IMG/VR virus record: IMGVR_UViG_3300021057_000274
Span: 186,001-250,000 of that record
Strand: one strand, 5' to 3'
Length of the DNA: 64,000 bases
Shown: in pieces, positions 27,532 through 37,439 of the stretch
Layout: every line of letters begins with the position of its first letter
How positions within the stretch are numbered: position 1 is the first letter of the stretch
Notes under the pieces: generated by a model
Told to the model about the DNA's origin: nothing
Seen by the model: only the letters and a program-made list of their open reading frames with translations
Database searches by the model: none
Program-made: the position numbers and the translations under genes

Positions 27532-29288
27532 GTGTTGAAGACGTGCGTCCCGGTGGCGTACTCGAAGACGTCACCGTCGGGAGTGGTGGTGTTGGTCGAC
27601 GAGATCGCGCCGGGTGACTCAGGCCGAACGACGCCGGTTGACGGCTGCGTGCCTCGGACGTTTGAGAGCAGAAACTTGTCATTTTCTTGCAAGGTCAGCG
27701 TCATCAGCTGCAAGAACTGGCCGCCGCTGAAGATGTTCTCGACGCGGGTCACCAGGTACCAGCCGGTGTAGTAGACAGGCGTCGGCGGCTCATAGCCCCG
27801 ACGAGAGTTGATGTTGACCTTGACGAACATCTGCTCGACGTTGCCAAACCCGCTGGGAGCCTTTCCCGGGTCGATCATCCTCGCGATCGGCGTCGCGCAG
27901 TCGTCGAGAATCTTGTAGTGCCCCCTGATCTTGAACATGAACTGGTTGGTCGTCGCAGACGCGGCAGCCGCGAGAGTGTTCAAGGCTAGACGCGTCGTTC
28001 TCGCCGAGTCGTGCCGCTGGTCGATCATCCCTGAGTTCTCGTAAGCGGTCGAGATCGGGAGGGTGAAGACGTCGCCGCTACCGAGAATCGGCGGGTCGTT
28101 CGGCTGCTGATAGCCTAGCATGCGCGAAACGGTGCGATCAGGGTGGCAGATCTGGTTGCTCCAGTAGAGCTGGTCGCTCGTTTGCACCGTGCTCGAGAAG
28201 TTGATCGACTTGTCCGCGCTGATCTCTGACGAGTTCAGCCACGCGATGAGGCTCGAGAACTTGACGTCAAACTCTAGCACGTCGACGTTCTTCCCCGCGT
28301 CGGAGAAGTAGAAGTCGAAGATGTAGTTCTTGTCGCGGCCGCCCTCGAGGAGCAAGATGTCGTACATCTGCTTGGCCTCTGTGCTGTCGATCATCCAGCG
28401 CGCTCTCACCACCGGGAGCTTCAACCCGATCTGTCTGTCAGCCAAGATCTTAGATCGGTTCTCGGCGATCTGGTCACTGACGGTCTTACTCGACAGCAAG
28501 ATCTTCCAGATCATCTCCATCACGGGCATCTTGCTAGCCTGGAAGGTGATCCAGCTATCTGAGCCGTGAGATCGATCGGTCGTGTTAGCTAGGGTGATCG
28601 CGCCGTCGATCTTAGCGGTGTTCTCGATGACGTATCTCATCCGCTTCCGACGGCCCCCGTTTGCCTCATACTCGATCTCGTAGTTCTCGTTGAGCTTCTC
28701 CTCTAGCTCCTTGAGCGCATCTGACACCGTGGACGCCTTGATCGTGATGTTGTTGTTGACCAGCCCTAGCACGGCGGCTTTGTTCCGCCCGTTACGAGTC
28801 ATCACTGAAGCGATCGACACGAACTTCATCCCGTACTTCCCGCCCTGGTGATTGAAGGAGGCCTCCATGTCGTTGAAGATGATCGGGATCGCGATGGGCT
28901 CAAGCGGTACCGACCCGATCTCGCCCACGAAGAAGATCTTTAAGAGGAAGTGCATCGACGACGTCACGCTGAGCGACAATCCCCTCCACATGAGCGCTTG
29001 AAACTTCTGGGCGAACAACATGCCGCCCGGCTCGAGAACGTCGAAGGTGATCTCGCTGACGACGGCTGCTGACGACGGCTCGTAGGTGAAGCGCACGTTG
29101 TCGATCGACTGGTGAGCGTCGCGTCGAGTGTTGATGAGCAACGTGCCGTTGGGCTTCTCAGGGTCAGTTCTGAGGTTGTGGTCCTTCTCGATCACCGCCT
29201 CGATGTCATGCCAGTCGTGAGCTCCGTGAAGCTCGAAGTGATACGTGTAAGTCTTAAACCGGTCGAGCGGGTTCTGGGGGTTCGCCAT
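27528..29288 (-). CDS. Putative baseplate hub protein (gp27/gp44-like)
   Basis: Position between the gp53-like and gp5-like genes; NPLDRFKTYTYHFEL N-terminus; YTGWYLVTRVENIFSGGQFLQLMTL C-terminus. Confidence 0.6.
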   Translation of the reverse strand: MANPQNPLDRFKTYTYHFELHGAHDWHDIEAVIEKDHNLRTDPEKPNGTLLINTRRDAHQSIDNVRFTYEPSSAAVVSEITFDVLEPGGMLFAQKFQALMWRGLSLSVTSSMHFLLKIFFVGEIGSVPLEPIAIPIIFNDMEASFNHQGGKYGMKFVSIASVMTRNGRNKAAVLGLVNNNITIKASTVSDALKELEEKLNENYEIEYEANGGRRKRMRYVIENTAKIDGAITLANTTDRSHGSDSWITFQASKMPVMEMIWKILLSSKTVSDQIAENRSKILADRQIGLKLPVVRARWMIDSTEAKQMYDILLLEGGRDKNYIFDFYFSDAGKNVDVLEFDVKFSSLIAWLNSSEISADKSINFSSTVQTSDQLYWSNQICHPDRTVSRMLGYQQPNDPPILGSGDVFTLPISTAYENSGMIDQRHDSARTTRLALNTLAAAASATTNQFMFKIRGHYKILDDCATPIARMIDPGKAPSGFGNVEQMFVKVNINSRRGYEPPTPVYYTGWYLVTRVENIFSGGQFLQLMTLTLQENDKFLLSNVRGTQPSTGVVRPESPGAISSTNTTTPDGDVFEYATGTHVFNT

Positions 29289-29644
29289 CAGGCCTCTCGC
29301 TTGCTAGGTGCTCCGCCCGTCGCCTTGCCCAGGAACAGCTCTCGCTGCATGCGGTCCTTCAAGGGGATCAAGAGAACCTTCCCCTCGACGATCTCCTCGA
29401 TCGGATCGATGATCCCGTTGTACTGTGCGATCACCCACCAGAGACCCTCGTCACCGTACCACACGTAACCCAACAGCTGGGGCTTGCCCTCGTACTTCTT
29501 CTCGACGACGTAAACGATGTCCGACGGGTGGCTTGAGATCTTCGCCCTGCTCCACCACTCGAGACCGAACGTCGACATCTCGGTCGTGCCGCCGAGCACG
29601 TACCGACCGTTCTTCAGGTTGTAGGTCGAGTTCTTAACCGACAT
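29288..29644 (-). CDS. gp53: Baseplate wedge gp53-like (LysM-like)
   Basis: YEGKPQLLGYVWYGDEGLWWVIAQYNGIIDPIEEIVEGKVLLIP. Confidence 0.75.
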   Translation of the reverse strand: MSVKNSTYNLKNGRYVLGGTTEMSTFGLEWWSRAKISSHPSDIVYVVEKKYEGKPQLLGYVWYGDEGLWWVIAQYNGIIDPIEEIVEGKVLLIPLKDRMQRELFLGKATGGAPSKREA

Positions 29645-30573
29645 CAGGGCTCAGACGGACCAGGGTTGGGCAGAACGTTTCGTCCGAACGTGTCGGCGGC
29701 GGCGACGGTCGGATTGGCTCCTGTCGTCGTCACCGTGGTGATGCGGTTAGCCAGGTTGGAGGGATTGATGCCGCTGATGAACTCGTTGACGTTGACCGAC
29801 GAGATCTGGCTAGTCAGCTCCTTGACCTGTGGGCTGTTAAAGATGACCGCTGGGTTGTGGATGACATCCAAGATCGGGCCGACGGTCTTGTTCAAGACCT
29901 CCCCGACGCTGGGCAGGCCAAAGGGACGGGAAGCTAAGCCCGGGAACTTCTTCGAGCGCTCACCGTCACCGAAGGAGATATTGTCAGGAACACGGAACTG
30001 CTCTTCACCGCCAAAGTCGGTGATATTCGCCGCATCAAGAAAGAGCTGCTTCATCTTCCACTTTTGCTGCGTCTCGCCGTCGCCAGTGATCTCGTCGGGA
30101 GTGTAGATCTCGATCAGGTCGATCGAGATCAGGCCGATCACTGGCATCGGCTCGGTGTACTCCATGTTGTTCTTGTCGAAGATGTAGTCGGTGTCGTCGG
30201 TGTAGGTCCAGGCGTAGTTCTTGATGACCACCGGCACGTTGTCGACGTTGCTGTGGTTGTATGCCGACAGATAAACGACCGGCGGAGTCGAGCCAGAGTT
30301 ACCGAAGTCGGGAAGGATCCACGACCTGATCAGGTTAAGGTAGCGGAGGTTTTGGACCGCCTCCTCGACGTTGCGAGACACGAACTTGCCCGTGATCGAA
30401 AACTGGCGGCTGCTCGTGTTGCGATAGGCCAGGATGTCGGTCGGGAGGTGGATGATCGGGTAAGGTTCGTAGTGAGCGTTACGCGTCTCCGCCAGCGGCG
30501 AGGACGCCTCGAAGATCACGACGTTCGCGTCGGTTCCAAGAGAATCCTTGATCTGGATCTTAAATTCCTTCAC
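29644..30573 (-). CDS. Putative baseplate tail-tube initiator/cap (gp48/gp54-like)
   Basis: AYRNTSSRQFSITGKF..PPVVYLSAY..NVPVVIKNY tube-like pattern; adjacent to gp53. Confidence 0.55.
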   Translation of the reverse strand: MKEFKIQIKDSLGTDANVVIFEASSPLAETRNAHYEPYPIIHLPTDILAYRNTSSRQFSITGKFVSRNVEEAVQNLRYLNLIRSWILPDFGNSGSTPPVVYLSAYNHSNVDNVPVVIKNYAWTYTDDTDYIFDKNNMEYTEPMPVIGLISIDLIEIYTPDEITGDGETQQKWKMKQLFLDAANITDFGGEEQFRVPDNISFGDGERSKKFPGLASRPFGLPSVGEVLNKTVGPILDVIHNPAVIFNSPQVKELTSQISSVNVNEFISGINPSNLANRITTVTTTGANPTVAAADTFGRNVLPNPGPSEP

Positions 30574-31496
30574 GCGTTAACCTTTTGAGAGTAGGGAGCT
30601 TTGACCGGTCGATTGAAAGCGTCCAACGCGATCGGTAGAATATTTAGCCTCACCACTAGACAATTATTTGTTTGGATTCCAACGGCTTGGTGACCGAACT
30701 TGTCGAAGAGGAGGCCGGTGAAGAGAGCGACGCCTCCAGACGTCTTTCGCTTGATGTTATTCAAGGGAGCTGGGAGATCAACGTCGCGCGTGATGATGTC
30801 CGAGGCGAGATGCGGCGCGCGTGTCGGGTCATTGACGTCGAGACCGTAGAAGTCATAGACCCGAACGCGCGAGTCGGTGGTCGTGCTGGCATCTCCCTCA
30901 TTGACGACGGGCGTCTGGAAGAGGATCTTCGGGTTCTTGAACTTCGAGTCGACGTTGTTGACTAACACCGGCTGCCCGTCGATCCGATAGGCGAGCGCGA
31001 GAGGCTTTCCGGTCGCGTCATACGTCTGGTCAAAGCGAATCTCGAGGGGCAGCCGATCGGCAGGAAGCGTGGTCGGCGGCTCATAGTTGACCCACTCCGT
31101 CTTCGCCGACGAGAGCTGGTTCAACGCGTTCTTCGAGATGTCAAAGAGAGCCCGCGTCGTCGTGTAAGCGTCCGGAGCCGTCGCGGCGAAGATCGCGTTG
31201 AGCTCCGCTAGCGAGAGCAACTTGAACGAGGGAAGCAACCTGAAGACGCGATGGGTCTGGTTGTACGGAGCTCCGCGCCCCTCGTCGAGAAAGATCCCGA
31301 TCGTCACCCACTTGCCACCCATCGTCCAACTCTTCGCGCCGCGCTCTGGCGCCGCCGAGATGACCGCGGTACAGAAGAAGTCATCTCGGTTGTCTGGCTC
31401 GTACCAGTTGAAGTGTGACGGCACGACCAGGTCCTCTCCGTCGATCGAGTAGAGGTCATAGAACGCGTTTGTCGGGTCGTTGAACGGGACGCTCAC
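30570..31496 (-). CDS. Hypothetical (probably virion) protein
   Basis: 308-aa coupled ORF in a late operon. Confidence 0.65.
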   Translation of the reverse strand: MSVPFNDPTNAFYDLYSIDGEDLVVPSHFNWYEPDNRDDFFCTAVISAAPERGAKSWTMGGKWVTIGIFLDEGRGAPYNQTHRVFRLLPSFKLLSLAELNAIFAATAPDAYTTTRALFDISKNALNQLSSAKTEWVNYEPPTTLPADRLPLEIRFDQTYDATGKPLALAYRIDGQPVLVNNVDSKFKNPKILFQTPVVNEGDASTTTDSRVRVYDFYGLDVNDPTRAPHLASDIITRDVDLPAPLNNIKRKTSGGVALFTGLLFDKFGHQAVGIQTNNCLVVRLNILPIALDAFNRPVKAPYSQKVNA

Positions 31497-32269
31497 TCTT
31501 CCTCACCCTTCTTTGACGGCTTCTTCTTGACATCTTGCTCGTCCTCAACCGGCTCCTCGGGCTCATCGGACTCCTCTTCCTTCGGCTCCTCCTTCTTGGG
31601 TTTGGCGACGACCTCCTTGAGCTTCGCCTGGACCATCTCGGCGATGACGTCGTCGTACTCCCCGAAAACCTGCTTGAAGACCTTCTTGAGCTCGGTCTTC
31701 GTCTCCGCTTGCAAGATGCGGTTGCGCACCTCTGTGCCAGACAGTCCGCTCTCACCCATCGGCACGATCGTATAGTAGCCTCCCTCCTTCGCGAGGGAGA
31801 GATCCTCGAGCTTGAAGTCCTTCGGAAGCTTGGAGAAGAAGTCCGACTTCTCGTAGCGCTCGGCGTCCTTTTTGCCGACGGCCGAGAGGTAGACGAGGTC
31901 ATACCCCTTGTATTGCTGGAAGATCTCCTTCGGACTGAAGGCCGGGTTCTTGCACTCGACGACGCGCCGCGGGCGAACGCCGTAGAGGGTGACGATCAGC
32001 TCTTGCTTCTCGATGAAGCTGAACGGCGAGACCTTGCCCTCCTCGGCCTTGAAGTTGGTCTTGTTCGAGGTGGCGATCCACACGTTCTGCTTGCCGAACT
32101 TCCGGCAGAGCCAGCGATAGGCGTGGTAGTGGCCGAGGTGAAAGGGTTGGAAGCGTCCGCCGTAAACGACCACCAGCTTGCGGGTGTTCTTCTCGTCAGC
32201 CTCTGGAATCTCAGGCTCCTCGTCATCGATCGGCTTGGCGGTGATGTCCTTGAGTTCAGTGAGCTTCAT
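31493..32269 (-). CDS. HIGH-superfamily cytidylyltransferase-like protein with acidic tail
   Basis: VVVYGGRFQPFHLGH, PFSFIEK, VGKKDAER, SGTEVRNRI. Confidence 0.8.
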   Translation of the reverse strand: MKLTELKDITAKPIDDEEPEIPEADEKNTRKLVVVYGGRFQPFHLGHYHAYRWLCRKFGKQNVWIATSNKTNFKAEEGKVSPFSFIEKQELIVTLYGVRPRRVVECKNPAFSPKEIFQQYKGYDLVYLSAVGKKDAERYEKSDFFSKLPKDFKLEDLSLAKEGGYYTIVPMGESGLSGTEVRNRILQAETKTELKKVFKQVFGEYDDVIAEMVQAKLKEVVAKPKKEEPKEEESDEPEEPVEDEQDVKKKPSKKGEEE

Positions 32270-32283
32270 TCGTTTCCCGGGGT

Positions 32284-32305
32284 TAAATATGCTTGCTTCT
32301 ATTTA
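32284..32305. promoter_or_regulatory. Opposed late promoters (+ TAAATA 32284-32289; - 32300-32305)
   Basis: ttaaata-tgcttgcttc-tatttac at a divergent gene junction. Confidence 0.55.
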
Positions 32306-32516
32306 CAGGCAAACAAAATGGCCGCCATAGACATATATGAGCCCTGTGAGCACTGCGGGTATGACACCGTGCATCCAGACTCTTGCCCAAACTCAGAGGT
32401 TTCGCTCGCAAAATCGCGTGCTGAATCGCGAAAATGTTCATCTTTCGCGAAGAATGATAGGATCCAATCCTCTTCCACTCTAGAAAGAGGCTTTATAGAA
32501 GGCAGATTCTCACAAA

Positions 32517-33182
32517 ATGGCGAACCATTACCCTCGCGGTAAAAGAGCAAAAAACGACACAAAACCCGAGACGACGGCGAAGTACTACCTCACCAACGCC
32601 AAGCTTCTCCCAGCGGTGATTCGCGCCAAGACGATCGGGAAGATGACCGACGAGCTAGCCGAGATGCTCCTCATGCTGACGCGCAAATACGCGCAGCGCC
32701 CCTGCTTCAACGGTTACACCTACAAGGACGACATGATCTCAGAGGCGATCACGAACCTCTGTCTGAACGCCTTGAAGTTCAACTCTGACAAGTACGACAA
32801 TCCGTTCGCTTACTACACCACCTGCATCAACAGCTCCTTCCTTCAGTTCTTGAACGTAGAGAAGAAGCACCGGCGCATCCGCGACATGCTCCTGATCGAC
32901 GTCGGCGAGAACCCGAGCTTTAACTTCACCGTCGACAGCCACAAGCAAGAGGGCGGAGAGTTCACTGGCGAGCTCCGTGAACTGAAGCAACAGATCGAGG
33001 AGGCGAAGGTTCGGACCGTCGAAGAGGCTGCGCTAGCCGTCAAGATCGCCGAGGAGAAGCGCGTCCAAGCGATCAAGGATCGAGAAGAGGCTCTCAAGAT
33101 GAGCGAGTCAGAAACGGTCCGTGATCTCGAGTACGTTGAGCCGGAGCTGCAAGAAGCCGCGCTTCTTACGTACGACGAATGA
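32517..33182 (+). CDS. gp55: Late transcription sigma factor
   Basis: YYLTNAKLL..FNGYTYKDDMISEA..KFN..K..NPFAYYT..INSSFLQFLNVEKK; directly upstream of gp47/gp46. Confidence 0.9.
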   Translation: MANHYPRGKRAKNDTKPETTAKYYLTNAKLLPAVIRAKTIGKMTDELAEMLLMLTRKYAQRPCFNGYTYKDDMISEAITNLCLNALKFNSDKYDNPFAYYTTCINSSFLQFLNVEKKHRRIRDMLLIDVGENPSFNFTVDSHKQEGGEFTGELRELKQQIEEAKVRTVEEAALAVKIAEEKRVQAIKDREEALKMSESETVRDLEYVEPELQEAALLTYDE

Positions 33183-33222
33183 GAAAATATCCTCCGCCCT
33201 AGGTGGAGGATCTAATATCGGG

Positions 33223-34308
33223 ATGGCAGTAGTCCCGCAGCGCTTCAAGAAGATCGGCATCTTCACCGACATACATTTCGGGCGTCGGTCAAACTCTCGC
33301 GTTCACAATCAAGACTGTCTAGACTTCATCGATTGGTTTTGCGCTCAGCTCGACGACAGCTACTCCCACATCGCATTTCTAGGAGACTGGTTTGAGAGCC
33401 GCTCGGCGATCAACATCGAGACGCTCCACTTCTCCTACCAGGGGCTCCAGAAGCTCAACTCGGTCGGTAAACCTGTCTACTTCTGCGTCGGCAACCATGA
33501 CCTGCATCGCCGAACTACTCGCGAGATCCACTCTGTTCAGATGTTTCAAGAGCTCGACAACTTTCACGTGATCGACAAGCCAGTAGTCGAGGACGGCTTG
33601 CTCTTCTCGCCCTACCTCTTTCCTGAGGAGTACCCGACCATGGTCGAGCACAACAAGCTCTGGGCCTGGCTAGGGCACTTCGAGTTCAAGGGCTTCGTCG
33701 TCACCGGCCAGGGACATGCGCTAGAGCACGGACCCGTCCACACCAACTTTGTCGGGCCGAAGCGCATCTTGACTGGCCACTTTCACAAGCGCCAGAGCCA
33801 GGACAACGTTCACTACGTCGGCAACGCATTTCCGATGGACTTCGGTGACGCGGGTGACTACGAGCGCGGGATGGCGACCTACTACGTCCCTGAGGACAAG
33901 CTTACCTTCACCAACTGGTCGAGTTGTCCCAAATACCTAAAGACGTCGCTGTCCAAGATCATGGGGCAAGACACGATCAAGGCCTTCCTTCCCCGGATGA
34001 AGGTCAAGTGCGTCATCGACGAGGAGCTAGGATACCAGGACGCTCAAGACCTGCGCGTCGCGATGATCGAGCAGTATCACCTACGTGACTTCATCCTCGA
34101 GGAGGATCGAGAGGCGAAGCAAGGGTTGCTAGAGGGTGACAACGCCAAGGTGGTCGACGGGTTGGGTGACTTCGGCAGCATGGATGACCTCGTCATCCAG
34201 CAGCTAGAGATGGCCAAGGATGACAAGAAGGCGAAGATCGACGTGAACCTGTTGATCGAGATCTACAAGAGCGCGGTCGCTGAGGTAGAAGACAAGGAGG
34301 AAGAGTGA
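33223..34308 (+). CDS. gp47: Recombination nuclease, Mre11/SbcD-like
   Basis: FTDIHFG, LGDWF, VGNHD, LGHFE and GHFH metallophosphoesterase motifs; start revised to ATG 33223. Confidence 0.92.
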   Translation: MAVVPQRFKKIGIFTDIHFGRRSNSRVHNQDCLDFIDWFCAQLDDSYSHIAFLGDWFESRSAINIETLHFSYQGLQKLNSVGKPVYFCVGNHDLHRRTTREIHSVQMFQELDNFHVIDKPVVEDGLLFSPYLFPEEYPTMVEHNKLWAWLGHFEFKGFVVTGQGHALEHGPVHTNFVGPKRILTGHFHKRQSQDNVHYVGNAFPMDFGDAGDYERGMATYYVPEDKLTFTNWSSCPKYLKTSLSKIMGQDTIKAFLPRMKVKCVIDEELGYQDAQDLRVAMIEQYHLRDFILEEDREAKQGLLEGDNAKVVDGLGDFGSMDDLVIQQLEMAKDDKKAKIDVNLLIEIYKSAVAEVEDKEEE

Positions 34309-34682
34309 AGCTGTTCGAGCGCAAGGACCACTACGAGGGTCAAGGATTCGCCAAGGCCGTCTTCGGCTTCGGCAAGATGTACCAAATGGCGGAGATCTGG
34401 AAGAACCACCAGCGCGCCGCCGACGAGCCGGAGTGCTGGGCGTTTACCAATGAGTGGCGTGCGAATGGCTGGTACGTGATCATCAACGTGCCTTTTATCT
34501 TCAAGCGACCGTACATCGACCCGAACTCATACTTTGAGAGGGAAGGTCCTTGCCGTCTAGTTTATCTCATCACGCGGCGCACGCCTGTGCAACTCCCGCG
34601 CTTCATCGGCGACGTTCACACGACGAAGATGACTCCGACCACGAGATTCCACAAGGATTGGATGATCGTTGATCAAGGTTAA
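34305..34682 (+). CDS. Hypothetical protein
   Basis: GTGA-coupled ORF with SD. Confidence 0.65.
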   Translation: MKLFERKDHYEGQGFAKAVFGFGKMYQMAEIWKNHQRAADEPECWAFTNEWRANGWYVIINVPFIFKRPYIDPNSYFEREGPCRLVYLITRRTPVQLPRFIGDVHTTKMTPTTRFHKDWMIVDQG

Positions 34683-34923
34683 GGTCACGGTGACAGGTCT
34701 GGGCGGCTGCATCTTCTACGAGGCCGACGTCATTCGGCGGGCCTTCGAGGGGTTAGGCTACGATGTTTCCGTGACGTCAAAGTTTGACTCGCACGACATC
34801 CCTTTCCCCGAGAAGCCAGATGAGTTCTATTCTCGGCGCACCGAGCAACTCCTCGAGCGAGTCAAGGCGGGTGAACATCCCCAGCTTGAGCTCACGATCA
34901 TACATCAACCCTGGGGCGGCTGA
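34669..34923 (+). CDS. Hypothetical protein
   Basis: Overlapping ORF in the operon, ends HQPWGG. Confidence 0.6.
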   Translation: MIKVKVTVTGLGGCIFYEADVIRRAFEGLGYDVSVTSKFDSHDIPFPEKPDEFYSRRTEQLLERVKAGEHPQLELTIIHQPWGG

Positions 34924-35087
34924 TGAGATACGGACTCTGGGAGCTCAGATATCTCTCAAGCAAGGAGGGTCGTCACGGGGAATGGTTCAAGTGGTGGCTT
35001 AAAGATCCTTCTAGAGACGTCTATCGTGACGGCGGAAGCGTCGAGTGGCGCGTCGGGCCGTTCGTGCTCACGAGGTGGATCTCATGA
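34923..35087 (+). CDS. Small Trp-rich hypothetical protein (54 aa; not in track)
   Basis: TGATG-coupled start; its stop overlaps the gp46 ATG (ATGA); MRYGLWELRY...LTRWIS. Confidence 0.55.
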   Translation: MRYGLWELRYLSSKEGRHGEWFKWWLKDPSRDVYRDGGSVEWRVGPFVLTRWIS

Positions 35088-37027
35088 GCGAGATCAATCT
35101 CGACCTTGTCCGCTTCAGAAACTTCATGTCGTTCGGCAACTCGTGGACCGAGGTCAACTTGCGCTCGCGCGGCACGACGTTCATCGTCGGCGAAAATCTT
35201 GACGAGGGCGGCTCCTCTGGCGCAGGCAAGACGACGACGATCAACGCGATCGCCTACGCCCTTTACGATCGGGTGCTCGACAAGCATCTGAACAAGGACC
35301 AGCTGATCAACACCACCAACGCCAAGCAGAACACGCTGATGGAGGTGGAGCTGTACATGCGGCGAGGCGATCAGCGTTACGTCATCAAGCGCTGGCGCGG
35401 CGCGGAGTCGGGTGTCAAGCTTCTCGAAGAGGGACATCCTCTCGACCCCAAGCATGAGCCGGTCATGATCGGCGACGTCGTCTTCAGGGACGTCACCCCG
35501 GCCGCCGTCAATCGCGGAGAGGACAACTTCAACAAGAAGGTGATCGAGCTCTTCGGCTTCTCCTACGAGCTCTTCTCGAGGATCATCCTCTTCGAGGGAA
35601 ATTCGGTACCCTTCCTCAGCCAGACCGCTGGCATCCAGCGCTACATCATCGAGGAGCTGCTCAGGATCCGGATGTTGACCCAGAAGGCCAACTACATCAA
35701 GAAGCAGATCCAGCTGACGGAGAAGGACATCGACGTTCAGAAGATGCTGATCAAGCAGCAAGAGCTCCAGAACGAGAGCCAGCTGAAGCGCATCGCTGAC
35801 GCCGAGGAGCGAGTCAAGCGCTGGGAAAAGGGCCGCGAGGAAGACTTCACGATGATCCAGGCCGAGATCCAGAAGCTGTCCGATGTCGACTTCGAGACCG
35901 AGGAGCAGCTTCACGCTGAGATCCAAGCCCTCCAACAAGAGTTCGACGCCTTCAAACCCAAGTTCGACGCTCTGACGACTCGGCTGGCCGCGAAGCAACG
36001 AGAAGTTTCTCCCGCCCAGGCCGAGCTTAGCATCCTGATCTCGGGCATCGGGAAGAAGCGCAAGGACCACGAGCGTCATCACGCGAACTTCACTCACCTC
36101 CGCGACGCCAAGTGTCCGTTCTGCATGCAGGCGTTTACCGATCCGCACAAGATGCAAACCGAGGGGAACGCTTGGGCCGTCCTGGAGCAGGAGATCAAGC
36201 TCGACGAGCAACTGATCGATCAGCACGAGCGGCGCGTCGCGGAGGACAAGGCTAAGATCGCTGTCGAGATGCGCGAGATCCAGGCCGAGATCCAAGGGTT
36301 GACCGAGGAGCGGATGCAGATCAACGCCGCGATCCAGGAGGTCAAGTCGGCCGTCAAGTACCCGACGCTAACCGCGGCTCTCAAGGCTAAGAACAGCGTC
36401 ACCGCGCTCAACGAGAAGTTCATGAAGCGGGCGCAGGAGACGAATCCTCACCTAGAGACCGTCGCGGCTCTCAAGAGTGAGGGACTAGTAACGATCAACA
36501 GAGATGCCCTCGACCAATTGATCAAGTTTCATGAGCACCAGAAATTTTTGGTCAAGCTGCTGACTGACAAAAACTCCTACATTCGCAAGAACATCATCGC
36601 CAAGACGATCCCCTTCCTCAACAAGCGGATCGGCTTCTACACCGAGAAACTCAATCTGCCGCACATCATCCTCTTCCAGCCCGACATGAGCTGTCACATC
36701 TCACAGTATGGCCGCGAGCTTGGGCATGGAAACTTGTCGAACGGAGAGAAAAAGAGGCTAAATTTAGCGCTCTGCCTCGCGTTCCGTGATACATTGACCT
36801 ATCTTCACTCGAAGGTCAACGTGCTGTTCACCGACGAGGTCGACGGCGGATCGCTGGGTCAGCATGAGGTTGACCTGCTGATCAGCCTGCTCAAGCGAAA
36901 GGCTTGGGATGACGAGATCTCGATCTTCATCATCTCGCACCGTCCAGAGTTCGACGGTCGTTGCGATCGCAACCTGGTCGTCCGCAAGGAGGCTGGCTTC
37001 TCTCAACTCATTCCTCAGCCAGACTGA
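35084..37027 (+). CDS. gp46: Recombination ATPase, Rad50/SbcC-like
   Basis: NFMSFGN, Walker A SGAGKTT, coiled coil with CPFC zinc hook, LSNGEKKR signature, LFTDE Walker B, ISH. Confidence 0.93.
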   Translation: MSEINLDLVRFRNFMSFGNSWTEVNLRSRGTTFIVGENLDEGGSSGAGKTTTINAIAYALYDRVLDKHLNKDQLINTTNAKQNTLMEVELYMRRGDQRYVIKRWRGAESGVKLLEEGHPLDPKHEPVMIGDVVFRDVTPAAVNRGEDNFNKKVIELFGFSYELFSRIILFEGNSVPFLSQTAGIQRYIIEELLRIRMLTQKANYIKKQIQLTEKDIDVQKMLIKQQELQNESQLKRIADAEERVKRWEKGREEDFTMIQAEIQKLSDVDFETEEQLHAEIQALQQEFDAFKPKFDALTTRLAAKQREVSPAQAELSILISGIGKKRKDHERHHANFTHLRDAKCPFCMQAFTDPHKMQTEGNAWAVLEQEIKLDEQLIDQHERRVAEDKAKIAVEMREIQAEIQGLTEERMQINAAIQEVKSAVKYPTLTAALKAKNSVTALNEKFMKRAQETNPHLETVAALKSEGLVTINRDALDQLIKFHEHQKFLVKLLTDKNSYIRKNIIAKTIPFLNKRIGFYTEKLNLPHIILFQPDMSCHISQYGRELGHGNLSNGEKKRLNLALCLAFRDTLTYLHSKVNVLFTDEVDGGSLGQHEVDLLISLLKRKAWDDEISIFIISHRPEFDGRCDRNLVVRKEAGFSQLIPQPD

Positions 37028-37029
37028 CG

Positions 37030-37206
37030 ATGTTTCGCATTTACCGATCTTGCCGCCTCGACGGGACTACCTCTGAGCCGATCTACGCTAGAGACGGGGT
37101 GACGGTGATCGGCTATACCATCCACGAGCAACTCAACCCTCTAGAGACCCGCGAGGATTGGCAACGCTACTGGGACAACTACTTCAAGAAGCCAGAGGAA
37201 AAGTGA
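37030..37206 (+). CDS. Small hypothetical protein
   Basis: ATG 2 nt after the gp46 stop; GTGA-coupled to glutaredoxin. Confidence 0.5.
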   Translation: MFRIYRSCRLDGTTSEPIYARDGVTVIGYTIHEQLNPLETREDWQRYWDNYFKKPEEK

Positions 37207-37439
37207 GAATCGTCATCATCGGAAAGAACGTCGGATGCGCCTGGTGCGAGCGCGCCAAGAAGTTCCTCGACGAGAAGCAGCTCGAGTACACCTACTTCGC
37301 GGTCGAAGATCACCCGGTGATGAGGGATCTTCTCGTCGCGATGGGGATCCGCACCGTGCCAGCGGTCTTCGTCGAGGGGTTGGGCGGCGGCATCTTTCAC
37401 CTCGGCGGCTACAATGAGCTCCAGGAGCACGTGCGGTGA
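37203..37439 (+). CDS. Glutaredoxin (NrdC/NrdH-like)
   Basis: CAWC active site, RTVPAVF, LGGYNEL; GTG start with SD. Confidence 0.88.
   Translation: MRIVIIGKNVGCAWCERAKKFLDEKQLEYTYFAVEDHPVMRDLLVAMGIRTVPAVFVEGLGGGIFHLGGYNELQEHVR

Noticed and set aside
35021-36295. Long antisense ORFs (also 31535..32542 upstream part, 49611..50600, 50679..51512, 53889..55343, 57873..58769)
   Set aside because: Antisense to well-supported genes; typical of strong codon bias.
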